Below are positions 10,946 through 23,894 of a stretch of DNA of 64,000 bases, piece after piece. Each line of letters begins with the position of its first letter. Position 1 is the first letter of the stretch. Source of the DNA: Bugula neritina (Eukaryota; Animalia; Bryozoa); assembly GCA_964035545.1 (NCBI GenBank), contig OZ037767.1:1065680-1129679 (forward strand). The letters are read 5' to 3'. The notes beneath the pieces were generated by a model that worked only from the letters and a program-made list of their open reading frames with translations, did no database searches and was not told the origin of the DNA. The position numbers and the translations under genes are program-made.

Positions 10946-13900
10946 CAGCAGTACTAATAGTAGTAGTAGTAGTAGTAGTATTAGTACTAGTAGTAGTAAA
11001 CAAGAAGAGTCTTAGCCCCAGCTTCTACCAACCTGTACGAGACTGTTGCGCAGTTGCTCCCTCTGAAATGTTGACATATTGTTACCATCGAGTAGCAGGG
11101 AGGCCTCCATACTTTTCCTCTCTTCGGCAGTAAGGAACTTGGGGTCGGGTCTGGTAGAACGTGGCTCCATTTTAGGCAGACTCGACTGCTTAAAGTAACC
11201 AAATTATTTAAATGCTATATGTAATATACTACTGTAATATTCTACTGTAATATATTACCTGTATTACATCAAGTAGATGTATTACCTGTATATTCTGAGA
11301 ATGACTGGTTGACTCAGAAGGATTAACAATAAATGTCCTCAACTCTTCCGCTTCAGCTGTGTCCAGTCTAAAATCATATTTATATTAAATTACATACTTT
11401 TATATTAAATTACATAATTTCATATTAAATGATATACTTTTATATTAAATTACATATTTCTATATCACATTATGTTTAACCTGTATATAACAAATAGATC
11501 CCTGTGTATCACAACATATACAATTTTCTCATGGGAATAACGTAAATATAATAACTAATAAGTACTAGCTCAATGGGTGCAGTACATGATACTTATAATC
11601 AAATGAATAAGAAAACTGATAGTTGTCTAGACATCCATATTCTTGCCTGCGTTGCGGGGATCTCAACTTGCGCACTCGTATTCTGCTCCAGAAGGTGAAG
11701 TAGTAGGAAACGCAGCTACCAATTACAATGGTGAGACAAATCCACACATTGCCGAGCATGAACGCCAGCATTAGCAGGTAACCCAAGGCTATATCTATGA
11801 TCTTCATAAAAGTGGCGAGGGAATGGTAGGATACTCTTTTACATCTGAAACATGAAAAACGTGAGGAGACATCACTCAATACTGTAATCATGAGTGACTC
11901 AAATGTAATTCATTGCATTTTCAGTGCCAAAAAATGCATAAGAATTGACAATAAGACTGCAGTTTGTCTTTGATATATTCATCAGATAAAACTTAGCTTT
12001 TGAGGGATAGTTGGTCTATTCAAATACAAGCCATAAATCAAAAACATACATCAAATTGACAGAACATCAAAAAGGGTATTGAATTTCAGCAAGAATCCAT
12101 TACAAGATGAACAATGGTGATTATAGAGTGAGTATATCAAAAGAAGAAGCTGATATAACCATTCGGGTGTTGGCTACGGTTACATAACAGTATCCGTATA
12201 TATCAAAGTGACCTTGAATGAAGTGTCATTGCACGGTGTAATGTGACAGAAAGTATAGCATTTTCAGGCTATCAGCTATCATATTATAGTTCCTTATCTT
12301 GTCTACCCAACAGAAAGTGGGATTTTGGTATAAATCAGTTACTATTTCATGAAGATTAACTCACATTGCGTGAAGGAAATAGGTTGCATAAACTACTAAC
12401 AATGAGCAGTGTGTTCACAGTTAATCAGATCTTTCACAAGTTCTTTCTGTTACTCAGCACATGATACTATTACAGTATCACACTTTAGAAGCTTGTGCAG
12501 AATATCTGTATGTAATCAAAGCTTGACAAGCGTACACCCTGTTAAGGAATTGCCCACACATATACAGGTAGTAGGTAGCACTGCCCTACTGAGTGATTAT
12601 ATGGACGTAAGGATATGTACTCACAGTGTTGTGTTACGTTTATGGCTTTTGATTTTAAGAAAGCTGAAGTAGAGGTAGTTTAGACATGCTAGGTTGGTTC
12701 TTAGAAAGACAACAACGAAAACCACAGCACATAGAAGGACTAGACCTGTAACAGACAACATGGTGTGTAAAACGTATTACAGCGTAGAGAGGTGGACTAA
12801 ACAGTAACAAGAAGCAAAGCTTTTCAGACTTTTCAGAACACAGATTACTAGATATCTATGTTTTTATGCTTAGAAAAATAAATTGGAGCCATCAATTATA
12901 AAAAGTTAACTTTTAGACTACTAATTTAACTGAAAGAACATGCTACTGATTCTAATGGAACTGAGTCTATTTGAGGTCAACAGAGATTAGAATGACTTTC
13001 AAGTGAAGTTAGTCTAACTCACGATGGGCAGACATATAAATATAAACTAATTTTTTGTCAAAAAGTCAGCTACAAGACAACAATTTCTAAACTACAATTA
13101 GAAAGCTAGAATGTAATAGTAACATATACATGTAACATACTGGCTATAAAATGTAATATATATGCCTGTAATATAATAGATATTGAATGTAATACATATA
13201 CATGTAATATAATATATATACATGTAATATATTGGATATAGAATGTAATATACTAGATATAAAAAGTAATATACTATATATAGAATGTAATATACTGGAT
13301 ATAAAATGTAATATATATACCTGCAATGTTTCCAGAGCCAAACTGTTTAAACCATAAATATGGAACATGTTCACTGAACGAGAACATGTTGAGTTGTACT
13401 TCCGTCTCCTGAAATATTTCACATGATACTTTAAAATATCTTAAAACCAATAAATCAAGAGTATAGTTTACTTTCATCTACACATGTTAAAGGAACAGCC
13501 CCTTGACTGAGAGTATTTATTATGTCTCAGCTACATGTCATATCAAAGGTTACCCATAAACCCCAACTTCCTTTGTCACATTTCAGCAAAACATTCAGTA
13601 CCCAGCATTAATTAACATTTCAAAAACTGAATTTAGTTTCCAGGATGAACAGATGCATAATAGAACCCTGATAGGTATGTAACAGTTACCCACAGAAATT
13701 TGGTATCTATCTTTGAAATGTTACTATTTGATTATTATATACATGATCAAAAAACCTACTGATTTTCATTTGCTTAAAGCTGTGCAAAATTAAACCAACA
13801 GGCAATCACTAGCATGTTATGAAATAACTATTTGCCACTTTGACAAAACAATGGAAGCCTGAAAATGCCAACAAAACCTCTTACAACTTACTAAACAAAT

Positions 13901-15896
13901 AAAAATATGAAACAAAACAAACACTTAGAATGGAACATAAAACAAGCCATACTATTGGTTGAGCCATTGTTACAACATCTATGGCTGTTGAAAACGTCAC
14001 TTTATAAAAACTCAAAATAAGATTTCCAAGTTCACTGAAGACATTTTTGCTGCCTCAGCAGTTTACACAACCTGACACATAACATCAGCAGCAAATCTAA
14101 ATATAGTCATATGAAAAAGTCAGCTTTCAATCTCAAAGTACTAACTAATTATCAAGTACCAGCCTATAAATATTATTCACCTTATAATTGTGATTTATTT
14201 TCAATGCAATGTCTCCATAGAAATGGAAGCTTTCATTTTTTCTACAAAAATCTACAGCATAATCAACTGCTGCCATGGCAACTAGTATTAAAATTCAATA
14301 CATATTAATATTGTGAATAAAATTCAGCTTAAAAATTGCTTTGATTATTATAACAGTTGAAACTAAAACTGGATGTAGTTTATAATAATCATAATTATGG
14401 ATTATCCATATCTGTATTTGATGTGTTTTTATTTATTTAATTATTCAGTTGATAATCTTTTAAATTAATTCAAAAAATTAAAAACACCATCACAATAACA
14501 TAATTATGTGAAGAGTTCTGAGAAAAATTGTGAAAAGATATAGTATTAATAATAATGACAAATATTATTAAATTTATTATTAGATATGTTCACTTTATGA
14601 TAATCATAATCATATGTCTTACTTCAAGTTTATCAAATCAAATCCTTCATTGATTTAGATTATCATTATGACCATCGCTGTCTTAAACTCATTTCATATC
14701 ATGACCTATGAGGGTCAGTATGCACATGTAAATGTTAGTTAGTTTTAGGATCAGTATGACTATGAGCATCATTTACAGTATTAATATTTACATATATGAT
14801 CCAACAGAAACAGAAAACTGTAAAGATGCCTGGCTTTAAACTTCTAACCCTAGGAGTAGGTCAAGTATTACATTTTGATTCACTAATTTAGATTTACTAC
14901 TTTTACTGCCATCACTAAAAGTCTGTAGTAGTAGTAGTACTACTACTCAAACTTACTCGAAGTGATCATTACACTGGACCGCCCTAGATAGAGGAATGGG
15001 TGTGCCGCATATGAGTAATGTGTTGGACAGTCATTGGTCAATAGTCATACAATTAGTACTGTTTGGCCTGTGTTTACTGAACAGGAACTTAATCTCTGAA
15101 TTATTACTTTGGTCGTGACCAATTTTCAGGTCTCGGATAGTCCTTGGGAGAAAACTGTTCAGGTACTTGGCGCTGTTAGTGTTAGCACCCACTGACCGGG
15201 ACTGTCCCCTTGCTTGGGAGTGAGTCTGTATGGTGCTGTTTGTTGGTTTGTTCAGTAGGTCATCATAGAGAGAGCTGAGTACTAGTAATAGTACTAATAA
15301 TAATAGTAATACTACAACTAAGTCTATTAATAGTACTAGCACTAGTAGACAAAATGATATTTATATTAATAGTTGAGTAGTACTAGTAGTAGTAGTAGTA
15401 ATACTAAACTAAAACTATAAGTATAACTATAAAACTAAGTTACTCACTAAATATAACTATAAGTATAAGCACAAGTACTAGTAGTACAGTCCAATTGACA
15501 ACTGCACAAGCATTTCTATTTTCTAGATTTTACTTTTAGTTATTCATATTCATAATGATATTGATTATTAAATAATATTTCATAATCATAATGATCAATA
15601 ATTATCAGAATGATATAATCATAATGATAAATGATATTAAATGATAATTATTAATATTTATTAAACCTAAGGCTTAGGCTAAAGTAAAAGTTTATATATT
15701 TATACTTATAGTTAATTATATAAGGTGATTTTAATTTAAAAGGAAATTATAGTCACTACAGCTAACAACGACTACTTGGACACAGTTCTAAACAAATATA
15801 ACGGTGTGAGTGTTGACAGGAAAAAAATTGGCTGTAGACGTAGTGACCAATATCAATATGAATAGGCAATGAAATACCACTTACTACGGCAGCCAT
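10552..15896 (-). CDS. Divergent CTR/SLC31-family copper-transporter-like protein; 166-aa short form (stop at 11565) or ~340-aa spliced long form
   Basis: Exons 15896-15885 (MAAV, tentative), 13408-13321 (ETEVQLNMFSFSEHVPYLWFKQFGSGNIA), 12745-12625 (TM1 GLVLLCAVVFVVVFL), 11844-11565 or -11593 (HSLATF..GYLLMLAFMLGNVWICLTIVIGSCVSYYF = TM2 MxxxM plus TM3), then 11367-11286, 11188-11033 and 10863-10552. All junctions are GT-AG and phase-consistent. Confidence 0.8.
10875..10998. repeat. (TAG)n microsatellite in the last intron of the CTR-like gene
   Basis: Visible directly; gives the poly-Thr ORF at 10812..11003. Confidence 0.95.
15090..15280 (-). mobile_element. Fragment of a non-LTR retrotransposon ORF2 3' end (CR1/L2-group-like)
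   Basis: Minus-strand translation contains AKYLNSFLPRTIRDL, which resembles the Y.NSFFPRTIRDWN motif at the end of LINE ORF2. Confidence 0.55.
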
Positions 15897-17000
15897 ATAA
15901 TTACTAATTCGTGCATAGAGTTATCTTCCTAATCACTTTAGCAAGAAAACCTATATAAGAAATGATATATGCAGCACAAAGTTTGGAATTACTGAATCGT
16001 TTGTGTACGCATCCAAAATTTAAAATTCATGTGAGACCTTTCATCCTCGAACTGCCACACTTAGTGACTCTAAACCCTGTGCTGCATCATTGTATTCCTA
16101 AAGGCTTCTCGATTGCCAAAACTGACCTGCCGTTCATTTTGCGATACTGGAACCACCAGCAAGTGTGAAGGTCAACCACCAATGTTGTCATTTTGTACCA
16201 TCTACATTAAATCCATAACATAATTCTAAATTTTTATAAATAATAGTAATAGTAATAGTAACAATAATAATAGTAACATTAAGTCTAGTGTCTAATAGTA
16301 ATATTAATAATAGTAATACTAATACTAATAGTAATAGTAATACTAATACTAATAATAATACTAATAGTAAAAGTAAAACTAAATCAAAATGTAATAGATT
16401 ATCAATATCATTATGATTATAGAGTAATACTAAATCTAATGGATAATACTAATAGTAATACTAATAGCTACAGGTGAGACTAACTCTAAGGTTTAGAGTA
16501 AGACTCAGAGTTAGGCTAAGTTACATAGTTTTCAGTAGCGCTGGCTCATATTCAATTATAATTATTGTTGAATCTGATACTCATACTGATACTAATTGAT
16601 ACTTCCAACAATGCTGAAAGTTTTAATTCAAGCACTGTTATTGTTAGTGTTAGTGATGCTATTTTCGTTTTGTTGAAACTGTTGACGGTTAATTTTATTG
16701 ACTTTTAGTTATTGCACGTCCTAATTATGTCATAGTTTTCATTGATCATTTCAGCAAGTCGACGGTGAATGATACAAGCACCAATAGCAATATGAGTATG
16801 AATTTCAATGAGTTTTAATATAATCAGTATAAATATATTTTATCACACACACATGCCATCTTTATCATATAGCATATTGTTATTCCCCAAATTTTAAAAG
16901 GATTATATAAATCAGTTTATTTATAAAAGTCTTCAACTTCACAACTTTGTTTAATTCATCATCTAATTTGTAGCTGATTATGAGTAATCCCAATTGAAGA

Positions 17001-18766
17001 ATGAGCACTCTGGATAAAGTTAGAGTTGTTGTAGTTGGTGACAGTGAGTCTGGCAAAACCTCACTGTCACATCTCATAGCTCATGGCAATGCGTGTGAAC
17101 GACCCATGTCTACTATAGGCTGCTCGACACAGGTTAAGCTGCATGACTATAGAGCAGGTAAATGATGGAATTTTCTTTATCTTATCTACAATTCTGGACT
17201 GTTTTCTTTCTACTGTTGTTATGGAATTGCTTTATCATTGCATGTGTGGCAGTCTTGTGTAATCACACAGTTTTATATTTTGCTGTATCTGTAGGTTTAC
17301 CCGGAGAAAAGCCGTATTTCATAGAACTGTGGGACGTCGGGGGTTCAAGAGGTCATGAGATAGCACGGTCTCTGTTTTATAATCCAATAGATGGTCTAAT
17401 ATTAGTACACGACTTGTCAAACAAGAAATCACATGTTAACCTTCAGTCGTGGCTCAGAGAAGTAACAAACTGCCGAGACGGTGGAAAGCTACGGCAGGTA
17501 TGTTATGTGCTTGTTTAGTTGACAGGTCTAATTGTGTCTCAACATAATGCCCATTTTATAAAATTGCACTACAGCTGACATTCTTTTGTATAGTAACAAC
17601 GGTAGTTTTTTCTCTTGTTTTTTTACAACCTGCTCATAAATATATTTGTTATGTTACGCTGAAGTAACTAAGTTTTACATTTGTCCAGTCAACAGCATTT
17701 CAATGTGCTAAAACTGCCAAATTTTATTTTTAATTTTAAGGCCAGTTATTTTATTTGACGTACCAACATGGTGAAAAAATATGCTTCCATTGAAGCTGTA
17801 TTTGTTCGTGGACTACAAGTTTTACGAATACCACAGGTTATCACTGATTATGACGCAGACAGCATGACGGGCTATTCCATACCCACCCTAGTTGTTGGTA
17901 CGAAACTTGACTTGTTGAAAGGTCAGGAACCACAGCCATCTTTCATAGCAGAAGACTGCAACGCTGAGGAAGTCTACCTCGACTGCACTTCCAACAGGTG
18001 AGTCACGTAGCTGAGCTTCTGGAGGAAAAGTTTGGGCAAATATAAAATGTTTTCCAGTTAGCTGCAAGACTGCGTAATATGTGTTTTGTTAATGAAATGC
18101 TGTGATTTCCTGTGATACAATATGATATATTGTGATATGATGTACTGTGATATGATATACTGTGATATGATACACTGTGATATGATATACTGTGATATGA
18201 TGTACTGTGATATGATGTACTGTGATATGATATACTGTGATATGATATACTGTGATATGATATACTGTGATATGATATACTGTGATATGATACACTGTGA
18301 TATGACATACTGTGATATGATATACTATGATATGATATACTGTGATATGATGTACTGTGATATGATGTACTGTGATATGATATACTGTGATATGATATAC
18401 TGTGATATGATATACTGTGATATGATATACTGTGATATGATATACTGTGATATGATATATTGTGATATGATGTACTGTGATATGATATACTGTGATATGA
18501 TGTACTGTGATATGCTTATAGTTGCACATAGCTGATATGCTTGAAGTTGCTTATAGTTTCACATGGTTTGCTGTAGATCCTTAGCCCCTGGTTCCAGCAA
18601 TTCTGTGAAATTGAGCCGATTTTTTGACAAAGTGATAGAGAAGAAGTTATCTAGTCCTGGATCACACACAGCACGCGATACCGGACCCTTCTCGCTAGGT
18701 GAAAGGAAGCGTACCTACAGCCCATCTCGCATGTACTCCGGTATCAAGTCCACTCACATTGACTAA
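17001..18766 (+). CDS. RABL3: Rab-like protein 3 (236 aa, 4 coding exons)
   Basis: Exons 17001-17157, 17295-17497, 17837-17997 and 18577-18766. Motifs VVVVGDSESGKT, TIGCS, IELWDVGGS, LVHDLSNKKS, VGTKLD, LDCT and GSSNSVKLSRFFDKVIEK are diagnostic of RABL3. Confidence 0.96.
18112..18514. repeat. 15-bp minisatellite (TGATATGATATACTG), about 26 copies, RABL3 intron 3
   Basis: Explains the three repetitive ORFs between 18003 and 18535. Confidence 0.97.
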
Positions 18767-19952
18767 CATGTCCTGTACACTGTGTTAGTAGAGAGTAGTA
18801 TTGTATTAATATCTCTGTACATTTCTATCATTGCTGCGTATTACATTGACTCATTGCATAACATTACATAGCAAGTGAATTATTGTAATGATTAGACTTG
18901 TTCAGCCATGTTTTTACCGCCAGAGAGTCTGGAAAAGTATCTGCTATCAATATTTTTCTTCTTATACTATGATTATTATAATTCATTGTTATTTATTTAA
19001 CTGACACTACATTATTGTCATATATATTATATTCAGTTTATCATTATGAAGTTTTTGATTTGCAATACTTTTGTTTCTGAACTCACATGCTTTTTTAAAG
19101 AGTTATTTTATTATATTTTGCCTACAGAATAACTTTGTGGATTCAAAAATAAACCTGAAACAATACACAACACTCCTTTATTGAAAATTACACACCTGTG
19201 GTCTGGTGTATTTCTGTTAAATTAACTGTAGGTCGTAATGATCTACAGGGAGCATAGCTTCCAATACGAAATAAACAGCATTGTTATTTCATTTTTTTTC
19301 ACATATGCATAGCTAAATTACGTGAGCTGTACAGAGTTATCTTCCCATTCTAATGACTGTTGAAGTTGTTTCCTTCGGAGTTACAAATTTAACTAGTCGC
19401 GTACCTGGCTGTAGCTTTCGGGGCCTTAGAGCCGTCACGTAAATATGTTAACTAAACATTATTGCCTTGGAAGCGTTGTGTTCAGAATTTAAAAATGTTA
19501 GTAACAACTAAACTTCAATCAGGCAATCACAATCACAATGCAAATGTGATATGAAGAAAGTACTTCAAACGAATTTTATTCTCGTAATCGTGATACTATA
19601 AGGCTAAGCAGTCTCATTTTATACTATTCATCAAACCTTTTAGTTGATGTTTATACTCATAGTCATCAATCATTAGTGGTACTCGTTACCATTAAATTTA
19701 ATTTTAAACTGAAAGTCAAAGTGAGACGCAGACTCAGTTTGAGTTACTTTGAGTTACTCTAGCTGTAACAGCTACTAGAAGTACTACTACTACTACTACC
19801 CGTCTACTACTAGTACTAGTAGTACGAGTACGTCAACCAACTCCGATTACTACGTATACTATAGTATAGGTATACTTTAATACTATTGCTGCTAGTACTT
19901 CGTCTTGTAATATTGTTATACTAACAGTAACAGTTTCTAGTTCAAAACCGAA

Positions 19953-22900
19953 ATGAATAATTATAATTTCAGCCATAGTAGTGGCGATTCAGTAGATTTT
20001 TCAGACGCTGAGATAAAAAATGAGCTCTCACGTTTAGGATATCATGATATAGACGAGGAACAATTTGATGAGTTTAAAAGAGGTAAGACTGAGCCTTGCA
20101 GTTACTGTTATTTTTAAAACAAAATACGCAATTCATAATTATTTTATTATGCAATTTTAATTTCATTAAATTTTAAAACGGTTAATCAATCGAAATTGTA
20201 AATATCTATAAATTGCAAATTTTAATATGTATAGAAGTAAACGGAATGTCATTCGAAGTTGTAAGAGTTTAAACCCCAAAGTAATAAATTGCTTATTATC
20301 TCACTGGAATACATACAATTTTGGATTTATTTTGTTTTTTTTCGAGTGCTTTTGTTGAAATTTAAATTATTTTTTATTGCAGATTTACTGACTCTTGTGA
20401 ATGCGGAGAGAAGTAGTAGTTTTAGTTCAGTTAATTCCCACACACCGTATCCTCGAAATACACACAGTTCTAAAACTGTAAGAAAGTTATATGAGCCTCT
20501 ATCAAATACTGGGCTGCCAACTCATCAGGTATATATTTATAGGCTATATAGGTATATATTTATAGGCTATATAGGTATATATTTATAGGCTATATAGGTA
20601 TATATTTATAGGCTCAATGTTATAGTTACTAAGTTATAGGTTAAATATCAACCTCATTATTACTTTCTATTTGAAAGTTATATGTTTGATTCATTAGTTT
20701 TTCCTGAACTCTTCAATTGACTTTTTGATAGGATCATTATCGAGAGAAAGAAAATCCTGAACGGTCGACACGGCCTTATAGGTTAGTGCAGGAACGACAA
20801 CCCCTAAGATCGGCTTCCTCAAATATTACTCCTAACACTAAAGAACCGTCGCCTTTAAAAACATATAAACACTACTCTAGTGGTAAAAGCTACTCCAGAA
20901 GTAAGCAGTATTCTGAAGAGGAACACTATCCTAGTGGTAAACACTACTCTGGTACTGCTATATCCCACAGTCTACCTCGGCATGGCAAGCCAACTGAATA
21001 CTATGAGCCCGTAGAGGAGTATTATGTTAGACCTCAGTCAGCTGATGGATTTAGGAGGTATAGTATAGAGTACTTTGAAAACACTTAGAGTTTTTATCTT
21101 TCTTATCATTTGGGAGTTATCTACTTTTTCTACAGACTAACACCTTGCATAAAATATTTGTAGCATAGTAATAGTAAAACACGCAGGTGAAAAGGAAACT
21201 GTTCTGAAATTATGGTGCATGAACGTTTAGAAATAATTTGTTTTTTTTTTAAGATATTTTTATGAGAATACTCCCAGTTTGCAAAATTGAGCTTTTTAAA
21301 AAATTTAACATAACCAAGTCTTGCATATTTTCCCAAATTATTTTCATCAAAATTTCTGGAATTATTTTGTATTTCTTTTATCTAAATCTCAATCAGTTGA
21401 TAGACTATTTATATTCTGCTACTTGACTAAATTTATTGGCTGAAATTCTTGCACATTGACCAATAGTATTGTGTGTCTCATGTTTTAGATATTCGGATGT
21501 CTATGAAGATACAACAGATAAACATTTAGATGACTATTGGTATGGCAAAGGTGATAGAGGACATCTGATGACAGGGTACCTGCTTTTGCACTCATTTACT
21601 CTCTTGTATTGTCTGTAGTTGATGTAGTGGAATGACATTTCCCTGCAAGTGCTATGTGGTGATTCTACTGTCCAGGTTTTATGGAAAGCTGATTAACTGC
21701 CCTCCACTACAAGAGTGTCCCAGTAAATATATACCCTAAAATAGCTAGTAGGAAGTTGTCCTCCTTACCCAGTTCTATATTCTTACAGGAAGCCTCTCCC
21801 TTCTGACAGCCAGGATTACACGACAGCATCGGAGTTGAGTCAGCACCCCAAGGATGAAGATCTAGCCGACAGTCTGGCTGACAAACTAAGCATCAGCAAA
21901 GCCTCACAATCTTCTGTGGTAAAGAGGAAGGTCTCAAGGTGCGTCCCCCACCTCTTTTCTTTTCTATTGTTTATGATTTAACTTAGCAGTCTAGTTTTGA
22001 GAGTATTCCAGTCAGTTTTTATAGAACTTAGTCTATAAGAAGACTGTAATACTCATTCAGTTCGATTTCAGCCAACTAAATGTTTTGCTTATTAAGGTAA
22101 TGAAATGTTTCCAATGTCTGTGTTAAGCATGAAATGGCCAATGAGATGCAAGGTTACCAGTTGGTGTGTTTTACTCTACAGGAAACTCCATGACGGAAGT
22201 TCTGATGTGTATGAAGAGTCGTATGTACAGGGCGATTCTCGCTGCACCGGTAAGAGCTCAATGTATAGTATGATAGAGCTCAATGTATAGTATGATAGAA
22301 CTCAATGTATAGTATGACAGAGCTCAATGTAGAGTATGATAGAGCTCAATGTATAGTATGATAGAATTCAATGTATAGTATAGTAAGAGCTCAATGTAGA
22401 GTATGGTAGAGCTCAATGTAAAGTATGGTAGAGCTCAATGTAGAGTATGGTAGAGCTCATTGTATAGTATGATAGAGCTCATCACTTGGATTTGTTATCT
22501 ATCAAAGTTATTGATTTTATTGTTGAAATTAATTTGGCTCTGATAAGGTTAATGAGGGTTTGCCCTAAGTAACCCAGCCATTGTAGTGCAATGAGATTTG
22601 AAACCATTCCCACCTCTGTTGATGTCCGGGGAGAAACCTGTTCTATAGGCTGTATATTATAATGATGTTTTGTACTGCTGATTGAAGATGATTCAGATGC
22701 TGCCAGTGACAGCGAAGTGAGTGACCGTGGTGGGCAGGTCAAACCCTCGTATATAAACTACACTTCTACCCACCCCTCAGGTATTGGCAGCGGCAGCATT
22801 GGGAGAACGAGTCGTACTGCTGCCATTTCTGCAAGGGTTAGTACGCTCTGCTCAATATAACACTCTATACATGTGACTATATCTCAAATTTTAGCTGAAC

Positions 22901-23816
22901 ATGTAAACTTTTCTCTCACAGAATTGTTTGTACTCAATGAATATTTTTTGTCTAATGTTCGTTTCAAATAGCTTTGAAAACAAAACTATCTACTAGTTAC
23001 TAAAACCAGCTATTAGTTTAACTTTATTTCTAATACTCTTGTTACACCTCACTGTTTCCTCTCAGCTTCTTTCGTCGTTCTTCAGCTTTAGTCACATGAC
23101 TTTACTAACTAATAAAAGCAGTAATATATTATATTTGTATATCGTGACCTCATTACAATATTATATTATATAGTTTTGATACAATGTAGTATATTATAAC
23201 ATATTGCATGCAGTACGATAAGTCAGTTGACCCGGTGAGATCTGCGGTAATCTGGCCAGAGGTAAAGCCTGTGGTGAGTAGAAACATGGTGAAGACGGAC
23301 CCTGTCAGTCGGTACCAGTCTTACCAGCAAGAGTGGGCCAAGTCTAAGGTGCCGGAGGAGAAGAAACACAAGGAGTTGAGATGGGCAGTTCGTGAGCAGA
23401 TGCTCTACAAGGATGTTATATATGAGGTGAGTATCGGACAGGGGGGGGGGGTGTTGGGAGGGGGTTTGGAGTGAGCGTTGGGAAGGGAGGTGGTGTGAGT
23501 TTTGAAAAAGAGGTAGCAGTGAGTAGATGACTCATGCTTGGTCGTGCACCAGAATCTTCTGTTGAAACCTGTAGGCTCTTTGTCAATACTAGAAACAGCT
23601 TCAAGTTTTCTGCTGCTCTACTGAGAGTGAAATAGTTTATAATTGTAGACTGGGCATCCGGGCTGTCGCTTCACTCTGTAAATTATAACTTTGTAGAAAC
23701 CTCAGAAGAAGTTTGTGGCCAACAAGTACGTTGTGCCGACAGACAAAAAGAGGAAAGACTTGCGATGGAGGATCAGAGCTGATATGAATGCCGGGATTCT
23801 TCCTAAGTCTACCTAG
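19953..23816 (+). CDS. HYLS1: Centriolar/ciliogenesis protein HYLS1 (~462 aa, 9 coding exons)
   Basis: Exons 19953-20082, 20383-20528, 20732-21057, 21489-21575, 21789-21938, 22182-22249, 22688-22836, 23214-23426 and 23697-23816. N-terminal ELSRLGY...FKRDL, central KRKV, and C-terminal HYLS1 box KTDPVSRY..Y..EW..HKELRWAVREQML..NKYVVPTDKKRKDLRWRIR. Confidence 0.93.
20528..20613. repeat. 23-bp tandem repeat x~4 overlapping the HYLS1 exon 2 donor
   Basis: GGTATATATTTATAGGCTATATA units at 20528, 20551, 20574 and 20597. Confidence 0.93.
22253..22481. repeat. ~22-bp minisatellite (AGAGCTCAATGTATAGTATGAT) x~10, HYLS1 intron 6
   Basis: Begins within a few bases of the splice donor. Confidence 0.95.
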
Positions 23817-23824
23817 TTTATTAT

Positions 23825-23894
23825 CTACTTGCAGCTACGTGTCAGTGTCACATGACCAACTACTTGCAGCTACGTGTCAGTGTCGCATGACCAA
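23825..23894. repeat. 35-bp direct duplication in the HYLS1 3' UTR
   Basis: CTACTTGCAGCTACGTGTCAGTGTCRCATGACCAA at 23825 and 23860. Confidence 0.9.

Noticed and set aside
18003-18535. Cys/His-rich repetitive ORFs that look metal-binding
   Set aside because: 15-bp intronic minisatellite in RABL3; flanking exons splice in frame across it.
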